Positions 18,904-28,300 of a DNA stretch of 64,000 bases are shown here, piece by piece. Each line of letters opens with the position of its first letter. The stretch's first letter is position 1. The notes under the pieces are model-generated. The model did not search any database. It was given only the letters and a program-made list of their open reading frames with translations, and was not told the DNA's origin. Source of the stretch: a virus; the UHGV virus genome UHGV-0311442; one strand, given 5' to 3'. The position numbers and the translations under genes are program-made.

Positions 18904-19677
18904 CTATTGATTAAGTTTTACATCGGCAATAAACAGCAATTGTTTACCATGTTGCTGCACTTCTTTCCAACCTAGTTTCATAGCAGCGTCAACAACATCT
19001 AACATGCTGTAACGGGACATCAACGCGGTTGATTTTGTTCCTGACATTAAATAAAGCGGCTCATTAGGGCAACGGTCTCGAGCATCAGGAAGTTCTCGAA
19101 TAACCGCTGAGCCTTCGGGTGCGGTAACAACGTGAATCACGGTAAATGGTCTCTTATGCGTTAAATAGATACGAAATCCAACGTGTTCAGATTCATGAAA
19201 GATTTTCTTCACAACCACATCTTTTAGTGTTGTCTGAACATCATCCCCAGGTAATATCGTGGATTCACGAGAAACGAAACAACGACTATTTTCAATCGTG
19301 GAGAAATAATTACGTATCGGCAAACTGGCGTTATGATCGCGCAGTTTTTTGCTCAATAGATCGAAGTTCAGTTCTTTAACTTTTTCTAACCACTCTTTGG
19401 CTTGTTGAATGTAATAACTACCAACAGCGCGATAAGTTAATACCTTACCTGTGCTCACTTTCCAAAGCTTGATGCTTAGTGAATTTGGCTTATAGCGACG
19501 ATACTCACCCTGCGTATGGTTGATGCGCTCGTAACGCTCTACATCATCAACTGGTGCAGATTCGACCGATTGTAATTGCAGCGTACGATCTAATCTATCG
19601 GCAAATAGTAGTGATGATAGCGGGCCTTCGATCATATACGGTTCGGTTTTAAAGATATCGTCTAAATGGACTTTCAT
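18904..19677 (-). CDS. GW...QLLF-motif paralog family member (257 aa)
   Basis: C-terminus AMKLGWKEVQQHGKQLLFIADV shared with three neighbours. Confidence 0.55.
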   Translation of the reverse strand: MKVHLDDIFKTEPYMIEGPLSSLLFADRLDRTLQLQSVESAPVDDVERYERINHTQGEYRRYKPNSLSIKLWKVSTGKVLTYRAVGSYYIQQAKEWLEKVKELNFDLLSKKLRDHNASLPIRNYFSTIENSRCFVSRESTILPGDDVQTTLKDVVVKKIFHESEHVGFRIYLTHKRPFTVIHVVTAPEGSAVIRELPDARDRCPNEPLYLMSGTKSTALMSRYSMLDVVDAAMKLGWKEVQQHGKQLLFIADVKLNQ

Positions 19678-19744
19678 TTCTATTTCCTTCTTAACAAAAG
19701 CCGCGACTAAAGCGCGGCAGTTAGAGAAAGTGTAGTTTCACTTA

Positions 19745-20896
19745 TTAAAGGTCAGCAACAAACAGCAGCTGACTGCCGTACGGTTCGACAGATTTCCAAC
19801 CGTAATCTTTACCGATCGTCGTTAGATGGCCGGTATTTAACTTTTTGTCAACCATCCGCAGACGCATCATTAGCGTATTGGATTCTGCCGCATCGAGTAA
19901 CAACGCAGGTTCTTTTTCAGTGCGGTCATCCGCTTTCGGGAAGAAACTGTAATACTGACTTTTGGGCAGTTCGATTGTCAACGTATAGTTTTTCTTTGTA
20001 ATGAATAACGCCATCCCTTCGAAATTACAATCGAAACGATATTCCCAACCCGCCTCGGCTAAAACGTCTTTTAGCATTTCCATGACTTTAAGCTGGTTAA
20101 CGCTAGGCAGTCGGTAAGCTGCAAGGTTACTTGGAAATATGCGTATACCGTCGACGACACTATCGGTGGTTTCGTCAATAAGTTCAGGATAACGTTGCGA
20201 GAAAATATGATCGCTCTTGCTTTTCTCTTCGATGTCACGAATGAATTGGGCTATTTCGTCTCTTAAGCCAGACACTTGATTTTCTCCTTCGACTTCAATA
20301 ATCTGGTGGGGTTCGCCGCTAATTAAAATGTGGTAAACGATGTCGTCGGTAGAACGGTAAGTGAGTTTGATAGCTTTATCACTTAACATTTCGTAGCGGA
20401 AGAAACTTTCGTACCAAGTTGACCCGAAATCGTTTCGTGTAAGTTCCTGCTCAACTTTGATGGTTTTTGCTTCAAAACCAATTAACCCACTTAATAACGC
20501 GTGTTCTGGTTTAGTTAAAATGTTCGCACCGTGAAAGGGCACTTTCTCAAGCTGAAAACATAAATTACTGACTTTACCACTTGGGAAGACCTTAAACATA
20601 ATCTTCCGGCTGCTACTCTTTTCCCTAACAACGAGTTTACGGTAATTTAGTCCACAATTTGTGTAAACCGCGAACTTGTAACCTTCAATTTCTTCATCGT
20701 AAGTACAGACATCGACAGGTGCGATAATCTCATTGTATTCAGTAAGTACACAGCAGCCCAAGTTATAACCAAACAACTCACGTTGTAATGAAGATTCGAT
20801 GGTTAAGCTTGGTAGTGACCAAGTCCGATTATAGCATCTGTCCATCAGTTCTTTTAGGATCTTGGCATGTCCTGGCTTAGAAATAATATTTCGCAT
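19745..20896 (-). CDS. GW...QLLF-motif paralog family member (383 aa)
   Basis: C-terminus GKDYGWKSVEPYGSQLLFVADL. Confidence 0.55.
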   Translation of the reverse strand: MRNIISKPGHAKILKELMDRCYNRTWSLPSLTIESSLQRELFGYNLGCCVLTEYNEIIAPVDVCTYDEEIEGYKFAVYTNCGLNYRKLVVREKSSSRKIMFKVFPSGKVSNLCFQLEKVPFHGANILTKPEHALLSGLIGFEAKTIKVEQELTRNDFGSTWYESFFRYEMLSDKAIKLTYRSTDDIVYHILISGEPHQIIEVEGENQVSGLRDEIAQFIRDIEEKSKSDHIFSQRYPELIDETTDSVVDGIRIFPSNLAAYRLPSVNQLKVMEMLKDVLAEAGWEYRFDCNFEGMALFITKKNYTLTIELPKSQYYSFFPKADDRTEKEPALLLDAAESNTLMMRLRMVDKKLNTGHLTTIGKDYGWKSVEPYGSQLLFVADL

Positions 20897-20926
20897 TTTT
20901 ACTCTCCTTTAGGGTTTTTTTGTTAC

Positions 20927-21481
20927 TTAAGCAGGGTAAGCTAAAAACAACAACTGCTGGCCGAGTTTACGTACAGTATACCAACCGTGGGCTTTAGCGA
21001 CCGCGATCAACGTTTCCCAGTCATCAACATCACACTGCTCATTCCGAAGTCTTGTAAAGAGTGCCTCGGCTTCGCTTTGGTTTAATAACTTACCTGGGTT
21101 GTCTGGGGTGCAGTCAGTAGGGGTTGGAAAGAAAGTATACTGACGCGCTAGGAGAAAATCGACCAGATACTTGGTATTTTCTTTATAAACCAGCGTGGAA
21201 GACTTTCCTTCGTGGAAGAAGCTGCCTGTTTTCCAAGCGCTATCCCCCAGTAAGCTCTGAAGGTAATCTGTAAAGCCCGTTCTGAAAGGGATATGGTTTT
21301 TACGTGTGATGTTACGACGCAGCGGGGTTTCCTCTACAGCTTGTACACCCACCCCTACTATCATCGCACCTGGCTGAATAATGCTATTGGTCAGTACGGT
21401 ATAAGGACGGACAAAGAAATGTTCGCCTACGCCTTTTTCAAGGGTTTGGATAATTTCATTTTTCAGTTCAGTTTGAAACAT
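20927..21481 (-). CDS. GW...QLLF-motif paralog family member (184 aa)
   Basis: C-terminus AKAHGWYTVRKLGQQLLFLAYPA. Confidence 0.55.
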   Translation of the reverse strand: MFQTELKNEIIQTLEKGVGEHFFVRPYTVLTNSIIQPGAMIVGVGVQAVEETPLRRNITRKNHIPFRTGFTDYLQSLLGDSAWKTGSFFHEGKSSTLVYKENTKYLVDFLLARQYTFFPTPTDCTPDNPGKLLNQSEAEALFTRLRNEQCDVDDWETLIAVAKAHGWYTVRKLGQQLLFLAYPA

Positions 21482-21510
21482 GGTATATTCTCCTTTTTCG
21501 GTTTTCTTAA

Positions 21511-22248
21511 TTACGCGGTTTTAATTAACAGCAGATAGTCCTTCGTAATCTCAGCACAACCCCACCCTCTCATCGCGGCGATTTTACGAAGATCAATTTT
21601 CTCGTGATATCTCAATAAGGGATCGCCTGAGTTAATCTCAACCAGGTGTGTGGCTTTAGAAATCGTTTCTACATCAGGGATCTGTTTTGCTAAGTCGGAT
21701 GCAATTAACTCGATGATACGGTATCCCTCTAACACAGAAACATAGATGCGCAAACCATATAGCGTGCCTTCGTCTTCTAATGGACAAAGATCGATGCCGG
21801 GTCCAAGCAGTGATAACTCGACGTTATCGGGAAGGTTTTCTGCATTTCGGAGTAACCCTATCCCATTTCTAAACAGAGGGAAGTAAGAGAATAGTGGTGG
21901 TAAAGCCCAACCGTTCCCAATAAGCACATCAGCGATACTCGTAGGTGTGTTCGCAAGAAGACGAATGTGGTCAGCCACAACTTCAAGTTCGGCGTCACTG
22001 ATCAACTTATAGATTAACATGACACTGGTTTCGGTATTAATAACAAAGAAGACGCGGTTGGCGTAACTGCCTATCACGTATTCGTCAATCATACAGTCGA
22101 TAACGTCACTGTCTGGATAATCTTCAGGTTTAATTGTTCCAGCATCGATTAACTTAGCAGGTTGCGATTGTTTTATTAGTTCGTTAACCACCGTAGAAGA
22201 AAGTTCTAAACTGGTGTTGGTAAAGATATCGTCTAATAATTCTTTCAT
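21511..22248 (-). CDS. GW...LL-motif paralog family member, divergent (245 aa)
   Basis: C-terminus AAMRGWGCAEITKDYLLLIKTA. Confidence 0.5.
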   Translation of the reverse strand: MKELLDDIFTNTSLELSSTVVNELIKQSQPAKLIDAGTIKPEDYPDSDVIDCMIDEYVIGSYANRVFFVINTETSVMLIYKLISDAELEVVADHIRLLANTPTSIADVLIGNGWALPPLFSYFPLFRNGIGLLRNAENLPDNVELSLLGPGIDLCPLEDEGTLYGLRIYVSVLEGYRIIELIASDLAKQIPDVETISKATHLVEINSGDPLLRYHEKIDLRKIAAMRGWGCAEITKDYLLLIKTA

Positions 22249-22516
22249 GATTTACTCGCTAATCCCAATGAAGGGAAGGCTATTATTATGGATTGTAAAA
22301 GAGGTATAAGGAAGTCACTACGTTCCTCTGGGAAGAGTATGTCGGTATACTCCGTATACCTCCGCTATTTATATCCGTATACATAATGCCCCCTACCCCC
22401 TACCGGTATCCCGAGTAGCAGAATAAAGGGACATAATGTAATTTTTAGTAACCTTTAACGAAAGGTACTAAAAGGGTAACGTGTCCGTAGGGACTGAACT
22501 GGTACTTCAGTCCCTA

Positions 22517-22548
22517 TTCACTTAAGTAAAATATATCTGAAATCAATT
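22517..22548 (-). promoter_or_regulatory. conserved promoter-like motif, copy 2 (variant)
   Basis: minus-strand reading GATTTCAGATATATTTTACTTAAGTGAA followed by a hairpin; lies about 265 nt upstream of 21511..22248. Confidence 0.4.
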
Positions 22549-22568
22549 CCGATCTAAGGAACGTCCCG

Positions 22569-23534
22569 ATGGAGAAATCCAGTGTTGATTTTTTCTCAAT
22601 TGGTATCGTCGCGGAAGACAAACCCCGTGGTACAGATCGGGTAAAAGTGATACCAATTGAAACTAACTTTGCTAACCCTACCGTGGTGCAATCTGTTTCT
22701 TCAGCAACTGAAAAGACGCATGAAACGTCTGGTGCAACAGATAACCTAACCATTAAGACGGGTAACACGATAACAGCAAAGTGGTGGAAGTTTAACTCCA
22801 ACCGAATTAATTCCCCTGACGTTAAACGAGAAGACTACGTTATCTTGTTACGTTTGGGGAAAACCGATATTTATTTTTGGATTGATCTGAACTTCGCTAA
22901 CGTTAAGCGATTAGAAGATGCGGTTTATGCGTGGTCGGCTGACCCTGAAAACCAAATGGCGGATGACTTGTCCAATGCGTATGTGTTGAACGTTTCGACG
23001 ATTGACAAACATATCACGCTAAGAACAAGTATGGTGAATGGCGAGAAAGCGGCGTGGTTGTTTCAGTTTGATAATGCAAACGGTACGTGGCAGTGCGTTG
23101 ACCATAAAGGAAACAAGTATTACATTAACTCGGTTGAAGATGATCTCGGGTTTGAGAATGCGATGCTTTCAAAAGTGAACATCAACAAAGAAGATGCGTT
23201 CATTTATTCAAAGCGTTCTATTAACCTGGAAACGAAAACGATTAATGAAAAATGCGAAGTTCGCAATACAGAAGCAGCGAAATCCGTTACGTTTAAAACA
23301 CAAACCTGGTTAACGGAAGCGGGAAGTTCGACAACGTTTAAAACGCCGAACTTTAAACAAGAAGGGAAGGAAGCGATGTTCACCGGTAATTTGGAAATCG
23401 CTAAGAACTTCAAATACGGTGGTACGGGTGAAGGTGTGGGTGTCTTTACGGTTAAAGATGCTGTTATTTCCGGTATTACCTTTAGCGTTCACATTCACCA
23501 AGGTAAACATGGTCCGACATCACCTCCGCAATAA
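22569..23534 (+). CDS. hypothetical protein (321 aa), possibly virion-associated
   Basis: ORF track; AAGGA RBS; plus-strand gene isolated between minus-strand blocks. Confidence 0.5.
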   Translation: MEKSSVDFFSIGIVAEDKPRGTDRVKVIPIETNFANPTVVQSVSSATEKTHETSGATDNLTIKTGNTITAKWWKFNSNRINSPDVKREDYVILLRLGKTDIYFWIDLNFANVKRLEDAVYAWSADPENQMADDLSNAYVLNVSTIDKHITLRTSMVNGEKAAWLFQFDNANGTWQCVDHKGNKYYINSVEDDLGFENAMLSKVNINKEDAFIYSKRSINLETKTINEKCEVRNTEAAKSVTFKTQTWLTEAGSSTTFKTPNFKQEGKEAMFTGNLEIAKNFKYGGTGEGVGVFTVKDAVISGITFSVHIHQGKHGPTSPPQ

Positions 23535-23740
23535 TTCCCCTTTTTCTTACGTTGTTTTTATATATTGTGACCTGACGTTGGTAAAACTTTTTATCAACAC
23601 TTTTCTTAAACCCATCGTTTAGTTAAGCAGGCCACTTTTTTCGCGCACTCTACTCCTCCCTACGGGGAGGAGCTATCTTATGCTTCGGTTGTAACACACG
23701 TCGGTCTTAGACCACCTTCCTTTTGAAATGGAGAGCTGTT

Positions 23741-23950
23741 ATGTCTATTAAAGAGTTCTCTTCTGCTGAGCATATTCCAGAAGAGTTTAAGAAAATCGGT
23801 AACGTTAGCGCCTTCGGCGATACCGTTGATCATGTAACTGGTAAGCTGGCTGCTGAAGCCGAAAAAATTGGCGGCGACGCATTCAAAGTTATCGGTATTT
23901 CCGGCAACAACAAACTGCACGGTAACGCGATTGTCTACAAAAAAGACTAA
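23741..23950 (+). CDS. DUF1471 (BhsA/YhcN-family)-like small protein without signal peptide
   Basis: GDTVDHVTGKLAAEAEKIGGDAFKVIGISGNNKLHGNAIVYK matches the DUF1471 domain pattern; GGAG RBS; flanked by hairpins. Confidence 0.55.
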   Translation: MSIKEFSSAEHIPEEFKKIGNVSAFGDTVDHVTGKLAAEAEKIGGDAFKVIGISGNNKLHGNAIVYKKD

Positions 23951-23952
23951 GC

Positions 23953-24010
23953 GAAAAAAAAACGTGCTACTCCTACCCTCTAAGAGGGTAGGAGGTTACT
24001 TTATTTTTTT
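23953..24010. terminator. bidirectional rho-independent terminator
   Basis: hairpin CTCCTACCCTC-taag-AGGGTAGGAG flanked by A8 and T-run between convergent genes. Confidence 0.6.
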
Positions 24011-25263
24011 CGTGCTCTAAAGCGATGCATTTCTAAATACACTTTTTCCCAGGGACCGAATGGACCAACGATTGCTTGAGCATCGTTAATCTTCTTCTGA
24101 TTATACCACCGGGCTTCACGAAAGACGTAGTTTTGACTGTCGAATTCGGTGGTGTTAAATACCCACTCACCTTCCTCCCACGTAGGCCAATAACCTACCG
24201 TCTTACCAAATCGATTATTTAAGTACCCTAATGGTTTTTCAGAATCAGGATCGTTAGGGTCCTTGAGATAACAACGTCCCCAAACTGCGTTATGGGATAC
24301 ACCCACAACCTCTTCTTCTAAATACGGATTATCTACCGTAAAGATAAAAGAGGATTCGTGGAGTAAAAGTGCCTTTAATGTTTCGGGGTTGCGAATACGT
24401 TGGACATTAGTAGGTGTTGATAAATCCCCCACACCGATGGCGTCCCAGTCGTAATAGCGACGGGTTTCCAGAACGGTCCGTGCAAGATCAAAATTCGGTA
24501 AAGAAATCATGATAGCACGGTCGGAGAAATAACCGCCCGGGGGCAACCAACGTAACATCCCGCCTATGACGAAACCCACGGTTTTTCCCGTAATAGATTC
24601 GGGCAGCGATATCATTAACGTAGAGTAATAGTCGCGTGTAGTGTCGAGCTTGTTTAGGGTAAGGTTGGCAATGGGGTAAGTTTTAACATTCCCTAACTGA
24701 CCAAAAACCATACAACCAATATCTGGCGTACAGGCTCTCCGTACGATTTTACCGGCCCCGGGTAATCGCACACCTACGGTATCCGTCTGGTGTGGTACCC
24801 ACTGACCGTTGATGTTGTAGAGCACACTATTACGGTATTTGTCCTTCCACTTGTCCTCACAAACGACGACAACGTCATCAGCATCGTCTAAGCTGAAATC
24901 TTGACTGTGATGGTACCCCGGCGGACACAGATATGTCTCGACAGGCACATCGGCATTAATTGATTGGTAGTGTGCCCAACTGAATTCCAGTTTCGGCAAT
25001 CCGGCCTTTAGAGTGGGGATGACGTTTCCGGCTTTTTCATTTAACCAATCTTGTAAAGTGTCTGTTCGGTTTTGTAGTTCGGCAAGATGGTATTGACTGA
25101 CTAACGTATAGTCTTTACCAAGTGCACTTAAACCGATCTCAAAGGTGTGGTAGTCTGAACACAACGTATTTAAGGGTTGCGTGACATCGATGGCTCCCCA
25201 GGTACGGGACTCTCGAGAGAAGCCAAAAGCGCTGTCGGGCCGCACTTGATAAGCAGTAGTCAC
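24001..25263 (-). CDS. hypothetical protein (420 aa), GTG start
   Basis: GTG at 25263 with GAGGAA upstream; divergent from tail-fibre operon. Confidence 0.5.
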   Translation of the reverse strand: MTTAYQVRPDSAFGFSRESRTWGAIDVTQPLNTLCSDYHTFEIGLSALGKDYTLVSQYHLAELQNRTDTLQDWLNEKAGNVIPTLKAGLPKLEFSWAHYQSINADVPVETYLCPPGYHHSQDFSLDDADDVVVVCEDKWKDKYRNSVLYNINGQWVPHQTDTVGVRLPGAGKIVRRACTPDIGCMVFGQLGNVKTYPIANLTLNKLDTTRDYYSTLMISLPESITGKTVGFVIGGMLRWLPPGGYFSDRAIMISLPNFDLARTVLETRRYYDWDAIGVGDLSTPTNVQRIRNPETLKALLLHESSFIFTVDNPYLEEEVVGVSHNAVWGRCYLKDPNDPDSEKPLGYLNNRFGKTVGYWPTWEEGEWVFNTTEFDSQNYVFREARWYNQKKINDAQAIVGPFGPWEKVYLEMHRFRARKK

Positions 25264-25331
25264 AGCTCTTTTCCTCTATAGATTCAAGTCATAGTATGAA
25301 CTTCGACGCCCACGGACTATAGGAGTAGAGA

Positions 25332-28300
25332 ATGGCTGTCGTCCTAGACCCACACTTCAAAAAACCGGGGAATAAAATAACCGGTGAAGCGGTCGCCGTC
25401 TTTGGTACGAAATACCGAATGTTGGTACCTGCCCACGCCCCTTTTTTCACCACATCCCTGGTGGTCAAGAGCGGCGGCAAAACACTGACCATAGGCGACG
25501 ATTACGTTATTACGCACCCGTACGAGACCGGTATGTTGCGCACAGCCTATCTCATTCACGGGATGATTTGGATTGTTAATGACAAATACAAATCGAATTT
25601 TACGGTAGATTACCACGCCGTTGGTTGTGGTCAGGCTACCCAACAACAGATTACCGCAGAACGCGAACTCAATAAAGATAAATACCCGTCTGCGTGTCAG
25701 TGGGACACCGTCATCGGGGACGTTTACTTTCCACCGGTCGATATCCAGTTCGATTGGGAGAATTGGAAAGGTGAACTGGAATTAATGCAGGCTATTGCTG
25801 GATTAGGCGATTCGTTAGGGGAAGTCGTGAGTCGGCTTAACCCCATCGCACGCAATACCCTGGATTTAGAATACCGTGCTAATAGCAAGGTTATCACTTC
25901 CGAGCAGTATGCCGTATACGACAATAAAGGTGGCTTCACCTACAACACTGCCCGTCATCGTTATAGCTTGAGTTATAAAACTGCAACCTTTAACGACTAC
26001 GCCCTGTCAGTGAAACACAGAATTCCTGCTATTCTGCCAGACATGACGAAATTGAATCCAAACGAACAGATCGATTGGATGCTCTGTTATGCTAACGGCG
26101 GTGCAAGTATTCTACGGCTGCAGCTAAAACAGCGCAAAATCTCACTGGTCTTAACGGTCGCTATTGGTAGCGGTTCAACAAACTACGATTATACGTTAAT
26201 CAACGGCTTAACTGACGATGAGTTAAAAAACGATATCGATTTTAGTGTAACCCGACAACCCGGAAACGGTGTTTACGTCATCGTAGTAAAAACAAATAAA
26301 CAGACCATGGATTACACATTCAATGTCGATACGCCGCCTGATGAGTTCTCGGCAGGGTATTCGAAAACGGATGTTGCTAAATGGTTGAAGTTTAAAACGA
26401 ACATTAATTTAAACTGGTATGCGGCCGAAAACGATTATATTCAAATTCGTTCTTTACCCGGCGCACCAGAACCTGACATCGATAACGATGTTTACCAGTT
26501 AATAGTCAAATACCATCAGTTAGTTGAGCAGCTGTATCGTAACGCGCCTGCACACGAACACGTTACACGTAAGGACAACCCGCACACCGATACGTGGGGT
26601 CCGATCCGTGCGTTAGAGCTGAATGGTATTGCGACAGATGCCGCGTTAGCTTACGGGAAGACGAAACAGCAGTTAACGGATTATGTTAATGCTAAGTACC
26701 CAACACAAGCAACGTTAACCGCACAGAAAAAACTGCTTCGTGAATCGCCGAGCAAGAACGTTAACGGCACGATTACCACACTTCCGGGTTTTACTTCGTT
26801 CACGACGGAAGTTGATCCGGTCTCGATGTCGAAATACGTGAGTCCTTATTTTAGCGAAAGCTATGTTAGTAGTGGTCACAGATATCACGGCGCGCTTCGT
26901 TATACAGGAGCGAAAAGCGGTTTCAGTGCTAACTTTAATGCAGTGCCTGCCAACCTGCAAGATATTGACTTTATTGTTACTGGACGTAAAACAGCGTCTG
27001 GTAATGAAGCGGTCGGTAGGGTTGGTTTACGTTTCTACGAAAATCCTGGTAGTAACTCCGGTAAGTACGTAGAGATTACCGGTGAAGTCTGGTCCGGTAC
27101 TCTTACTATCGAACTGGCGTTGCACGGTTACGGTAGTCCGGTACCGGCAGTTCGGTATATTTCACAAGCTCCTAACCCGGCAATACCGGATGGGGATTTT
27201 ACGCTACGTTTTCAACTGAAGCGTACAGGGAATGTGTTTGACGTCGTTATTACCGTAAACAGTAAAACGTATAGCGGTAGGATTAACTTCAATAACATGG
27301 ACGCTGCGTTAGAAGCATTAGAGAATCAGCACCACTTTAAATCGCTGATCAATAATGTTGCCGACGCCGTTACCATTAGTTCGCAAAACAAAGGTAACAC
27401 GGTTACCATTAAGAAAGCACCGGATGTTGTTGACGAGACACGTTTAGGTGCCCAGTTTGTTGTTGATCCGAAATCCATCAAGTTTATTGGCCAAGGTTCA
27501 ACTGATGTTAACGTGGCTAACAACCCCGTAACGTTCCAAGCAGGTACTAACCAGCTTGTGCTATACCCCGATGACCGAGGATTGTTGTGGCGTGGTAAAA
27601 AACTCTTAGACCCCACCACCGTAGCCCCGTATCTGCCAGGCAATACCGCAGGTGGCACAGGTTTATTCTACGCAAGTTCGACAACAACGGTTACGATCAC
27701 CGGTAGCGGGATAAAAGCCTCGCCGTTCGTAGCGACCTTTATTCTTCCTACCGCGACCGATACAACAGCTCTGGCAGCTTGGCAGTTGACCGATGAGTTC
27801 GGTACCGCTGAAAACCTTGCAGCAACGCCAGCACTGATTGAAAAACTCGATGCGGAGTTCACCGGTAAGTTAGTTGCAGTTAAATCGTACATTAACGACA
27901 TGCAACTTACCAGCTCGGTTACTATCGATAAGATTACCTTTGGTTTAGGTAACGTTGCGAATACGCCTGATGTCGATTTACCGATTTCTACAGCACAACG
28001 TGCGGAGTTAGATAAATACTCGCCTAAAGTTCACCAACACCCGTTTACCGCTTTTGGTACAGGGAACGCAACCACAGCGCAACGTGGTCTGATTAAATTT
28101 GGTCTGGATGTGGATGATGCGACTTTAGCACTCGATGGGAGTGTGGTAATGGCGCAGACTTCCCAGATTGAAAAATTGGAGCGCGCTGTCAGCGGTGTTG
28201 ACTCGGAGGCACGTCTTGACATTATACGTTTTGGTGAGTCTGGTAACGACTTAATAGACGTTACGGTCAAAGACAAAATTCTGGTCACGCTTCCAGCTTC

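Noticed and set aside
22249-22513. Possible tRNA gene in the long non-coding gap
   Set aside because: No T-loop (GTTCRANYC) or acceptor-stem/CCA features on either strand.
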